Assembly (NCBI GenBank): GCA_009780345.1
Contig: WRAG01000005.1
Span: forward strand, 2,377 to 66,376
From: Oscillospiraceae bacterium
GTDB taxonomy: Bacteria; Bacillota; Clostridia; Monoglobales; WRAG01
Direction of reading: 5' to 3'
DNA length: 64,000 nt
Positions 26,986 through 35,218 of the stretch are shown piece by piece (position 1 is the stretch's first letter; every line of letters begins with the position of its first letter). Made by a program: the position numbers and the translations under genes. The notes under the pieces are model-generated. The model saw only the letters and a program-made list of their open reading frames with translations. It was not told the DNA's origin and searched no databases.

Positions 26986-28002
26986 CTAATTATAAACTAC
27001 TGCTTTTCTGAGAAAAATACTTGGCACATAAGGCGCCATCGTATTCGCATTCCAAATAAATATTTTTATATATTCAACCCCCAAAGCGGAGGGCTTGTAT
27101 TCAAAGTTAATCTCATCTCTCGTTTGAGTGTATATTACACGGCGGCGCACTGTGCTTTCAAGAAGTCTGCCTTTTTCGTCATAAGCCGCCACAATCACCA
27201 TAACATCCATATCATAATCCTGAATATTTCTAATTGTTGTCAGTATTGTCAGATACTTGTCAAGTTGTAAAATCCCGTCTGCGGGTATTCCGTCATAGTA
27301 AAGATCTATCGTTATATTTTCCAATGTATTAAATGTCGGCATAATACCGTTATATCTGTTGTTTCTAAGGAATGTGTCGCTGTTAATAGGTCCATGATGC
27401 ACAAACCAAAAACTGCCGCGCGCAAATATTGCCCAGTCATACCACTCTTGCGGATTATTTTTGCCATATCCATCACTTCTGCAAGTTAGCCGAATATCCG
27501 GATTCCCTGCGGCAATGGCTACCATATATACCGAATACACAAGTTGTCTATCTGTTAAATTACGAGGTTGATTATTGAAAGTGGTAAACGTCATTCCAAG
27601 TAATCCGGTTCGGTTATTCAAAAATGGATGAGGCCCAACCGGAACATGTACTCCACGCCATAACCCATATGGATTGCCTATTGCGTTGCCTGTTCTAAAA
27701 AAATTAGGCGCTTGATTTCCAAATCCTGTCGGAAGAATATCTCCATCACGATTAGACACTTGCGCTATTTCCGCATTAAAATGCAATGATGGCGAAACCC
27801 ATAATAAATCATCAAAATTTGAAAGGTATACATTCACCCTAAAAACTTCGCCAATATGTGCAGTTGTTATTTCGTTGCCTTCTAAATCTGTGATTACAAT
27901 TTCTATTGTTTCAATGTTGCTTTGCGCAAAAACAGGCAATAAACTAATGATGCTTATCAATATTGATATTGTAATAAAAATATTAAATATTCGTTTTAGC
28001 AT
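26986..28002 (-). CDS. Secreted protein with one cohesin-like module and a C-terminal beta-rich domain
   Basis: GAGGTG lies upstream of the ATG at 28002 and a signal peptide is present. IEIVITDLEGNEITTAHIGEVFRVNVYLSNFDDLLWVSPSLHFNAEIAQV...VYSVYMVAIAAGNPDIRL is paralogous to the N-terminal module of the 550-aa protein. Confidence 0.6.
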   Translation of the reverse strand: MLKRIFNIFITISILISIISLLPVFAQSNIETIEIVITDLEGNEITTAHIGEVFRVNVYLSNFDDLLWVSPSLHFNAEIAQVSNRDGDILPTGFGNQAPNFFRTGNAIGNPYGLWRGVHVPVGPHPFLNNRTGLLGMTFTTFNNQPRNLTDRQLVYSVYMVAIAAGNPDIRLTCRSDGYGKNNPQEWYDWAIFARGSFWFVHHGPINSDTFLRNNRYNGIMPTFNTLENITIDLYYDGIPADGILQLDKYLTILTTIRNIQDYDMDVMVIVAAYDEKGRLLESTVRRRVIYTQTRDEINFEYKPSALGVEYIKIFIWNANTMAPYVPSIFLRKAVVYN

Positions 28003-28087
28003 CCTTTTGCTTTCACCTCGTTTAATATTATTCAAGCAATATATTGGGGCGAGCGAACTCGCCCCAATATATTAAAGTTAAGTACGA

Positions 28088-30457
28088 TTAGTCAATTTCG
28101 ATTTCAATTGTTTCCATACCTAATATACTTGCTCTAACTGCCGCAAGGTCAGCGCCGTCGATACCATTAACTTCATTGATATCCATAACTGCTGTGCCGC
28201 CAACTCCTGCCAAACCTACAGCACCTCTAATTGCTTGGTAATCTGTAATAAGAGTTGCATTCGCTCCGGCAAACGCTCCCGGGAACAACCAGAATACGTC
28301 GGTAGTCGGTTGAAAGTAATTACCTGATGAAAGCGTAACTTCTCCATCAGCATCAGCGGCTACAATAAGTCTCACTTGAAGATCACGATATGCCTCATCA
28401 CGAGTTCCGCCGTCTCTTCTTGCCATACGGATGTAGAATGTTGTATCTACATCAATTTCAGGAAGTGAAAGTTCGAAATTACCGTCGTTATCAGTATAAA
28501 CTGCCGCTACCGTTGCAATCGGAGTTCTTGCATCAAACGCTGCTGCGTTCGCATAAAGTGTAACTCTGATATCTGCGTCAACGTCAGCTCTTACGCCGGC
28601 GCCGCCTGCTACTGTACGCAATTTGTGCGCCAAACGAATTGTTCCAACTACTGTAACATTCAGAGGGAAAGTAATTTCTTCATCTGTGATTCTTATCAAA
28701 ATTTCGTCATACGGACGATATCCGTCTTGGTTTGGCCACAGATCAGTTGTGCCCCAAACAAATTGAGTCGGGTTATCATTAACCGATGTCGCTCTTACCA
28801 AAATGTCGCCTTCCCAATCAGCGTCAACCATTGAAAATACTCCTGTGTTAGGATCGATTACCGCGATATTTCCAGGTACAGGGTCGCCGTTAGGCAATCT
28901 TATGCTCCAAACAACCTCTTGGTCTACCGGTCTTGAAAGAATTTCAGGGTTTCTTCCCGGAGGGCAATCCCAAAGTACAACATGAGCGAAAGTTACATCT
29001 TCGTCTCTGTCAACCGGAATTGTCGGTGTAGAACCTGTGATTTCAACGATTCTATACGGATCCCAAACTTCTTCAGTAGTGATGATGATTTCATCCCACG
29101 GACGATCAGGATTTGTTAATCTGTCAGCACCGAAGTTATTGTTGTACTCAGCATACACACGTACAAGAACTGAACCTTCAAATCCTTCCGGAAGAACTAA
29201 CTGACCTTGTGCATTGAAATGCGGAGAAGCTGTAGCTGTAGAACCATCTCCCGGTGTGTAGTTCACAACTATCCACTCGTAGTGATTGTCAGGAATCGGC
29301 GCACAATCATCATAGTTCACAAACGTTACTTCATAAGTGAAATCAATATATGTGTTTCCTGTTGTGTTCATAGTAACCGGTGTTCCACCAGTCGGAGTCA
29401 AAATAGTGATTTCCGCAATATCTACAAACTCAGTAGGAACTTGAACCAATCCTGCTACCGAGAAACGCTCTCTGCCGCCAAACGCGTCAGGCGCACCCGC
29501 CGCAAAAGCGAATTCTATCAAATCAGATGTGTCCCAACCTGTTGCCGTTGCATGGTATACAGTTGGCACTACCGGACTTAAAACAACTCTCCAAAAAGCT
29601 GTCGGATTTGCTGTTGTTCCGCCTATGCTTGCAATATCGGCACCCGCTTCAGCTACAGCCGCCCATAAATCAACGCGACCACCGACTATACCTGAACCGG
29701 GAAGCTGAACGAATGCTGCCGGCCCCATCCACTCAAAGCGAACAATTTCAACATAATCAAGGTCAAACTCAAGTCCAACATTTAAGTTGTGAATATCAGC
29801 CAAATCATGCGCTGACACGATTAGGGAGAATTCTTCGCCTACCAATACATTTGCAGGCGTATCCGCCGCCGGTCTGATGAATACATGACCGTCGCCGCCG
29901 GGACCGGGGCCCGGCTCATCATCTTCAACCGTTACAGTTGCATTAGATGTAGAACCCGGCATGCCCGGAAGAACCATTGTGCCTGGATTCATCGGCATCC
30001 ACCAATCACCTAAAAATCCATCAAGGTGTGCATAAGTAATATTTAAATTAATATCTTGGCTGGCATCTTCCACTCTCAAAACCATAGTTCCGATCATTCC
30101 GCCAATTCCACCTTCATAAATACCTGCTACTGAACCTCCAACACGAACTCCATTAAGTCCTGCCGGAGTTGACGCACCTATTCCAACGTGCGCAAAAGCC
30201 GGGGCACCAAAACTTGCACTTACAAACGACAATGCGCCTGCCGGCCAATTAAGGTCGAACTGATAAGCAGAAAGCACTCCTCCATCTGCAAAGTTAAAAC
30301 TGAATTCAACAGTGAACTCGTCTCCAACTTCAAAGTCAGAACCAATTACATTTACAACCAACTCAACGCGACCATCTGTCGCAAACGCAGGAACTGCAAA
30401 CATTCCTAAAACCATTGCTATTGCCAATATCATTGACAATACTTTGCTTAACTTCAT
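28088..30457 (-). CDS. Secreted adaptor-like protein with two cohesin-like modules, Ig-like domains, a CarboxypepD_reg-like domain and a dockerin-like C-terminus
   Basis: AAGGAG is the RBS and a signal peptide is present (KVLSMILAIAMVLGMFAVPAFA). The cohesin-like segments are GRVELVVNVIGSDFEVGDEFTVEFSFNF..LSAYQFDLNWP and VFIRPAADTPANVLVGEEFSLIVSAHDLADIHNLNVGLEFDLDYVEI. The last ~190 aa are collinear with the C-terminus of the 2183-aa protein and end in MDINEVNGIDGADLAAVRASI. Confidence 0.7.
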   Translation of the reverse strand: MKLSKVLSMILAIAMVLGMFAVPAFATDGRVELVVNVIGSDFEVGDEFTVEFSFNFADGGVLSAYQFDLNWPAGALSFVSASFGAPAFAHVGIGASTPAGLNGVRVGGSVAGIYEGGIGGMIGTMVLRVEDASQDINLNITYAHLDGFLGDWWMPMNPGTMVLPGMPGSTSNATVTVEDDEPGPGPGGDGHVFIRPAADTPANVLVGEEFSLIVSAHDLADIHNLNVGLEFDLDYVEIVRFEWMGPAAFVQLPGSGIVGGRVDLWAAVAEAGADIASIGGTTANPTAFWRVVLSPVVPTVYHATATGWDTSDLIEFAFAAGAPDAFGGRERFSVAGLVQVPTEFVDIAEITILTPTGGTPVTMNTTGNTYIDFTYEVTFVNYDDCAPIPDNHYEWIVVNYTPGDGSTATASPHFNAQGQLVLPEGFEGSVLVRVYAEYNNNFGADRLTNPDRPWDEIIITTEEVWDPYRIVEITGSTPTIPVDRDEDVTFAHVVLWDCPPGRNPEILSRPVDQEVVWSIRLPNGDPVPGNIAVIDPNTGVFSMVDADWEGDILVRATSVNDNPTQFVWGTTDLWPNQDGYRPYDEILIRITDEEITFPLNVTVVGTIRLAHKLRTVAGGAGVRADVDADIRVTLYANAAAFDARTPIATVAAVYTDNDGNFELSLPEIDVDTTFYIRMARRDGGTRDEAYRDLQVRLIVAADADGEVTLSSGNYFQPTTDVFWLFPGAFAGANATLITDYQAIRGAVGLAGVGGTAVMDINEVNGIDGADLAAVRASILGMETIEIEID

Positions 30458-30501
30458 ATCCTTTTCTCCTTTTTAATATGTAATTTTTAATTATGTTACT
30501 G

Positions 30502-33321
30502 TTATAAAACGCTATCGTTCGCTATATTCAATATCGGAAGTAGGTTCCTCGGATGTCCCGTGTTTACATATTGGAAAATAACACTCGGAAGCGCTACATT
30601 CGATATGTTTGCTACAAACGGTCCAACCGCAAATACTGCCGCTGAAACTCTACCAATTGGCTGTATGCCTGCAACCGACAACGCGCCTGTTTGTAATGCA
30701 AGCGCCTGAGACGGCGCTGCAAACCCCGGCAATGCATTACCGCCCATTGGATTTCCGTATATTACTACCGTATTCGCAGTAACTTCTCCGCCGATTGGCG
30801 CAAAATAGAAATCAGTAACAGCCATAGGTACATCCGAATTGTTGCGCAATACTGCAAACACCCAATTCGTCTCATTCGAACGCTCCGACGAGAAGAATAT
30901 ATAAACGCCCGCAAGATTGCTTCTTAACGCAAACTCTGTTGTCAAGTTCGGGAACGCTTCTCGCGATACTAAAACAGTTCCCAAAACGCCGATGTTTCCG
31001 ATTCCGTCTTGACGATAGCGGAACTGACCTTGTATCGGCTCTGTCGGTCCGTCTGCGCCTACTGTAACAGTCGCAGTGCCAACTACTCCACTACCATCTG
31101 CCGCAGTCGCTGTAATTGTAACAGTTCCTGCCGCAACGCCTGTAACAACACCTGTTTCAGCGTTTACCGTTGCAATCGCCGCATCGCTTGACGTCCAAAC
31201 AACTGCTCGATTTCGAGCATTTTCCGGCAATACTGTCGCTGTTAACGTACGAGTTGCGTCAATTTCAACCGCGCCCGCATTTCCAACAGCAATCGATGCC
31301 ACACGAATCGCATGAACCACGATAATCCACTCCGGATATTCGCAATCACACGGGTCGTCGCATACGCAAGTGTCGCAAACTATACATCTCACGCACCAAG
31401 TATAACCGTCCGGCAACGGAAGAAGTCCTTCAGGCAAGTCGCCTTCCGGCCATGTCCAGTCGCCCGGCGGAACAATCACGATACAATCGCAATCGTAATC
31501 ACAACCGCAATCGCCTTCATCGCCTTGTCCCCACGGATAACCCGGAATATTGATAACCGTTTCTTCCGACGTCGTAACAACCAACGAACCGCTCGCAGCA
31601 GTCGTCACATGCGTCGCTTCGTTAATCGCAGCGAATCGTGCGCGAACCACATACGTCGTTTCAGCAGTCAAACCGCTGAAAATACGCGATGTTACCCAAT
31701 CGCTAATCGGCGTAACGCCGTCAGCAGCATATAATCTGAACTCTGTTCTCCAACCTGCTTCCGCAGTAATCGCATTCACCGCGAACGATGTCGTTCTAAG
31801 CGAACCCGCAGTCATAACAGGCGCAGCCGGCGCATTTGTCGTCAACAACGGCGGAATTTCTGACGTTCTCACGTTCAAAGTCGCTTCAGGGCTCATTGCA
31901 TGCGTTGCCGCGTTAATCGGCGCGAATCGTGCGCGAACAACATACGCAGTATCCGCAGTCAAGCCTGTAAAAGCAGTTCCCACAGCCCAATCGCGAATCA
32001 CAGTTGAGCCGTCTGCCGCAAACAACGCATATTGCGTCGTCCAACCGCCTGGCGCAGTAATCGCGTTTACGCTGAACGAAGTTTGCGCCAACGTGCTCGG
32101 CGCAACCGCCAAACCTGTCGGAGCTTCCGTCGTTTCAAGCGGCGGTAAACGATATCCGCCCGCATCCAAATTCACGTAAATGCGGCGATACGCATGATCC
32201 CATCCGCCCAAAGTCGACGGCATAAATCCTGTCGCAACCAAGTGATAACCCGACCCAACTTGGTCGCCTGTGCGCGTTACAACAACTTCGTCGCCGTCAA
32301 GCGCAACAGCCCAATCTGGTTGTGCCGAAACCATGCCTGTTTCAACCCATCTTGTTTCGCCGCCGAAAGTCATTGCTTGCGGCAATCTTACCGTGTCGTT
32401 CGCGATCATACCTGTCCACGGCACTTCGCGCTCGATAACAATCGCGTCGCCTGTCGGTTCAGCTGTCTCCATCCAACCTACAGTAAAGAAAGCGTCAAAC
32501 GTCATCGGATTTCCTGTTGAATTATTAATTACAAACGTATGGTCATACGTTCCAACACGCAATCCTTGACGCGGTCTGATTGTAAACTCACGAGCTTGGT
32601 TGTGCGGCAACGGCGTTCCCGTCCAATACGGAGGCAATACGATTTCCCACGCCGGATGTGGCGGCAACGGTGACAAAGTCACAGGTGCGCCTGTTGTGTT
32701 TCTTACACTAACCGTCGCAGACTGACCGATTACGTAGTCCGGTGTACGCCATCCGAATGTAATCGCGTTACTCCTTGCACCCGCCCACGTCAAGGTCGAG
32801 GTTCGGCGAGACTGATTTGTGTTCCCCACGTTCGAGCGCGATAAAACGTACATGTGCCCGGTTGTCCCCCCGCTTTGCCTTACGATCCACCCTTGTCGAG
32901 TATGAGGGACTTGTGAAAACAAATTTATCGGGTGTGGGATACCCCACCCGGTGTCCCCAATCTCAGGAAAGGTGGCCGCATCCCCCCAGCCTGTGTTAGC
33001 GCCGACATTCGACCAACCATTGATAGATCCTCCCGGGGCTAGTGGGGGACTCTTCCTGTGTCTAGCGACGAAAATCCGATCCCCTCCTAACCAGGTGCCA
33101 CCCATACCGAGAATGTGGTAGCCATTGCCCGCGGGAACCACGTCATTGCCTATTTGTCCCGACCGGCTTAGCCTAATTAGGCTCACCGGCTCACGTCGTG
33201 TGACCGTCACGGCAAGACCCGGGGCGTTTGCTTCTGCCGGCGTCGGCGCGGCGATTAATGTCACCGTGCTAAAAACTACTGCTAGCGCTATCATAAATGA
33301 CAGCATTTTTTTAATAACCAT
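30502..33321 (-). CDS. Large secreted multidomain protein with an N-terminal domain of atypical codon usage, Ig-like domains, two tandem FN3-like repeats, a Cys/Asp-rich segment, a Big_2 domain and an unknown C-terminal domain
   Basis: A signal peptide is present (MLSFMIALAVVFSTVTLIAAPTPAEA). The ~95-aa tandem repeats are ..TSFSVNAITAPGGWTTQYALFAADGS..FTGLTADTAYVVRARFAPINAATH and ..TSFAVNAITAEAGWRTEFRLYAADGV..FSGLTAETTYVVRARFAAINEATH. The Big_2 pattern is LTATVLPENARNRAVVWTSSDAAIATVNAETGVVTGVAAGTVTITATAADGSG. Confidence 0.7.
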   Translation of the reverse strand: MVIKKMLSFMIALAVVFSTVTLIAAPTPAEANAPGLAVTVTRREPVSLIRLSRSGQIGNDVVPAGNGYHILGMGGTWLGGDRIFVARHRKSPPLAPGGSINGWSNVGANTGWGDAATFPEIGDTGWGIPHPINLFSQVPHTRQGWIVRQSGGTTGHMYVLSRSNVGNTNQSRRTSTLTWAGARSNAITFGWRTPDYVIGQSATVSVRNTTGAPVTLSPLPPHPAWEIVLPPYWTGTPLPHNQAREFTIRPRQGLRVGTYDHTFVINNSTGNPMTFDAFFTVGWMETAEPTGDAIVIEREVPWTGMIANDTVRLPQAMTFGGETRWVETGMVSAQPDWAVALDGDEVVVTRTGDQVGSGYHLVATGFMPSTLGGWDHAYRRIYVNLDAGGYRLPPLETTEAPTGLAVAPSTLAQTSFSVNAITAPGGWTTQYALFAADGSTVIRDWAVGTAFTGLTADTAYVVRARFAPINAATHAMSPEATLNVRTSEIPPLLTTNAPAAPVMTAGSLRTTSFAVNAITAEAGWRTEFRLYAADGVTPISDWVTSRIFSGLTAETTYVVRARFAAINEATHVTTAASGSLVVTTSEETVINIPGYPWGQGDEGDCGCDYDCDCIVIVPPGDWTWPEGDLPEGLLPLPDGYTWCVRCIVCDTCVCDDPCDCEYPEWIIVVHAIRVASIAVGNAGAVEIDATRTLTATVLPENARNRAVVWTSSDAAIATVNAETGVVTGVAAGTVTITATAADGSGVVGTATVTVGADGPTEPIQGQFRYRQDGIGNIGVLGTVLVSREAFPNLTTEFALRSNLAGVYIFFSSERSNETNWVFAVLRNNSDVPMAVTDFYFAPIGGEVTANTVVIYGNPMGGNALPGFAAPSQALALQTGALSVAGIQPIGRVSAAVFAVGPFVANISNVALPSVIFQYVNTGHPRNLLPILNIANDSVL

Positions 33322-33467
33322 TTTCTTTTTAATCCTCCTAATAAAAATTTTGCGTTACTCATTCTCTCTTCCAAATGATCCTTGTTCATCACACCTTTCC
33401 AAAAACACAGTTTAATTTTTATATGTAAAATTTCGTTTTTGCCATTTTTAAAAAAACATGAAATGTT

Positions 33468-33497
33468 TTGTATATTTGTTGAACTTTGTGTTATAAT
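33468..33497 (+). promoter_or_regulatory. Sigma-A promoter (P1) just outside the left inverted repeat. It currently points antisense into the recombinase gene.
   Basis: TTGTAT, an 18-nt spacer, then TGtTATAAT (extended -10). No plus-strand gene lies downstream. Confidence 0.45.
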
Positions 33498-33527
33498 GAA
33501 ATATAGGGTAAATTGTCGGCACAAATG

Positions 33528-33558
33528 TTTCACAAAATTCGCAATTTTGCGAAAAGTA
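33528..33558. repeat. Left arm of the inverted repeat flanking the recombinase cassette
   Basis: AAATTCGCAATTTTGCGAAAAGTA (33535-33558) is the exact reverse complement of 34946-34969. With the extension the match is 31/34. The core is TTCGCAA-TT-TTGCGAA. Confidence 0.8.
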
Positions 33559-33596
33559 ACGTTCAAACCATTGATAATGCTATATTTTGCGCTCCC

Positions 33597-33627
33597 GATT
33601 TGACGGCTTATTGACGGACTAAAAATT
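33597..33627. promoter_or_regulatory. Direct TTGACGG repeats (candidate arm-type recombinase binding sites), 3' side of int
   Basis: gatTTGACGGcttaTTGACGGactaaaaatt resembles gattTTGACGGtaaatTTGACGGcttaaaaatt at 34769-34801 in the same orientation. Confidence 0.4.
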
Positions 33628-33643
33628 TTCGGGAGTTTATTAA

Positions 33644-34750
33644 CTATGCCCGTTTTAAGCTCCGCATTGCTTCTTGTTTTTGCTCCATAAGCGGATGAAC
33701 ATATCTATCAAGCGTTAACTTTACCGTGGCGTGTCCTAAAATTTCGCTTAGTATCTTAACATCAATGCCGCATTCGACACATCTTGTCGCGAAGGTGTGC
33801 CGCAGATTATGAAAGTTGACATCACGCACGTTTGCCCGCCTTAATGCGGACTTAAAACGGTATTGCAACGTGCGATTATCCAAATAGCTGTTGTTTTCGC
33901 AAAGCACATACCCGTTTGATCGTCTTATGCGTCTTAGCAAATCTGATATTGCTTGCGGCATTGGAACTTGTCTTGACGAGTTTGTGCTTTTAGGCTTGTC
34001 CATGATCATCATTGTTTTATTTCCTGTTTGTTCAAATGTGGTAATACGCTGTATTGTGTGATTTATATTGATAAGATTTCTGTCGAAGTCGATATCTTCC
34101 CATCGAAGAGCGCAAACCTCGCCGATACGAAGTCCGGCGTAAAGTGAAAGCATAATTGCGGTGTGCGTATTCTCGTCAAATTCTCGCGATTTGCGTTCGA
34201 GCCGCTTTTGTTCGTCGCGGCTGAGAACTTCAACCTTTTCATATCTGACCGAAGGCGTAATAACATCGTCGCACGGATTCGACGGAATTTCTTTAAACCG
34301 CCGCGCCGCTTTCATGCAAGCCGACAAAACGCGAAATATATTTTGGATGGTTGCGGGCGAAAGCTCGGCGCGGCTTAAATCGGTGACGAAATCTTGAATC
34401 TCGAAAGACGTTATTTCTATCAATTTTATATGACTTAATCGTGGAAGAATATGTCGTTTCATGTGTCCGTGATAGCTTGAAAACGTAGATGGTTTTACGT
34501 TCGGCTTTGAGAGTTTGTAGAGCCAATGTTGCGCCCAAACGTTAAACGTATGTCCGGCAAAAACGCCGATATGACAATTTTGTTTAGCCGTTGTCGCCTT
34601 TAAAGCAATCAATGATTGTTTGACATTGCTATACTTCGATCCATATATATATTTGTAGATTGAACGTCCGTCGTCATGTTTACCGACTACGCAACGCCCC
34701 TCCCAACGGCCGTCCTTTCTTTTATAGATGTTTTCTCCTCGTCGTGCCAC
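33644..34750 (-). CDS. Tyrosine-type site-specific recombinase/integrase with an Arm (AP2-like) N-terminal DNA-binding domain
   Basis: The N-terminus is ..NIYKRKDGRWEGRCVVGKHDDGRSIYKYIYG. A SAM-like core-binding region is present. The C-terminal catalytic region reads ..LYAGLRIGEVCALRWEDID...HNLRHTFATRCVECGIDVKILSEILGHATVKLTLDRYVH. AAAGGAG lies upstream of the GTG start. Confidence 0.85.
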   Translation of the reverse strand: MARRGENIYKRKDGRWEGRCVVGKHDDGRSIYKYIYGSKYSNVKQSLIALKATTAKQNCHIGVFAGHTFNVWAQHWLYKLSKPNVKPSTFSSYHGHMKRHILPRLSHIKLIEITSFEIQDFVTDLSRAELSPATIQNIFRVLSACMKAARRFKEIPSNPCDDVITPSVRYEKVEVLSRDEQKRLERKSREFDENTHTAIMLSLYAGLRIGEVCALRWEDIDFDRNLININHTIQRITTFEQTGNKTMMIMDKPKSTNSSRQVPMPQAISDLLRRIRRSNGYVLCENNSYLDNRTLQYRFKSALRRANVRDVNFHNLRHTFATRCVECGIDVKILSEILGHATVKLTLDRYVHPLMEQKQEAMRSLKRA

Positions 34751-34768
34751 TTTATCATCTCCTTTGTT

Positions 34769-34801
34769 GATTTTGACGGTAAATTTGACGGCTTAAAAAT
34801 T
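34769..34801. promoter_or_regulatory. Direct TTGACGG repeats (candidate arm-type sites), 5' side of int
   Basis: See 33597-33627. The two TTGACGG copies are 12 bp apart and begin 19 bp upstream of the int start codon. Confidence 0.4.
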
Positions 34802-34883
34802 CACAAATTGTTGTAATTCTAGTCAAATTAATGTAATTGTTGAACATTGTAATAAAAATGATTGCTAAATGCAAATTTTTTTC

Positions 34884-34912
34884 TTGACATTGTGAATAAA
34901 ACGTGTTATACT
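34884..34912 (+). promoter_or_regulatory. Strong sigma-A promoter (P2) inside the cassette, firing outward through the right inverted repeat
   Basis: TTGACA, a 17-nt spacer, then TATACT preceded by TGt (extended -10). Confidence 0.5.
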
Positions 34913-34945
34913 TATATTCGTTTATGTGATATGGGGGTCAAAAAC

Positions 34946-34976
34946 TACTTTTCGCAAAATTGCGAATTTCACGAAA
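34946..34976. repeat. Right arm of the inverted repeat flanking the recombinase cassette
   Basis: TACTTTTCGCAAAATTGCGAATTT (34946-34969) is the reverse complement of 33535-33558. The central dinucleotide is AA here and TT on the left, so the copies are truly inverted. Confidence 0.8.
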
Positions 34977-35008
34977 AGGCAACTGCTACAATTTAATAAT
35001 GATATATC

Positions 35009-35050
35009 AAAAGGTTTTTTGGAGACTTCTTCAAAAAGCCTTTTATTTTT
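35009..35050 (+). terminator. AT-rich hairpin plus T-run about 130 nt downstream of P2
   Basis: aaaaggtttttt-N12-aaaaagcctttt followed by attttt. Confidence 0.35.
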
Positions 35051-35142
35051 GTAATTTAATCATATTAACATTATAATCTAAAAATATTTCGCAAATAATG
35101 CCCTGATTTAATCAAATTTCATTCACAAAACTACATCCCCTC

Positions 35143-35171
35143 TTGCAAAATGCTTATAAATGTGATATAAT
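35143..35171 (+). promoter_or_regulatory. Own promoter (P3) of the MalT/LuxR regulator gene
   Basis: TTGCAA, a 17-nt spacer, then TATAAT with TGa (extended -10), 48 nt upstream of the ATG at 35219. Confidence 0.45.
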
Positions 35172-35218
35172 ATAGGCATAAAATATAATGTAGTTATCAT
35201 AACAAGGAGGATGTGGCT

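Noticed and set aside
32760-33260. Diversity-generating retroelement variable region as an explanation for the atypical segment
   Set aside because: There is no reverse transcriptase gene, no template repeat and no adenine-specific mismatch pair anywhere in the window. The segment is N-terminal and about 500 bp long, unlike DGR variable regions.
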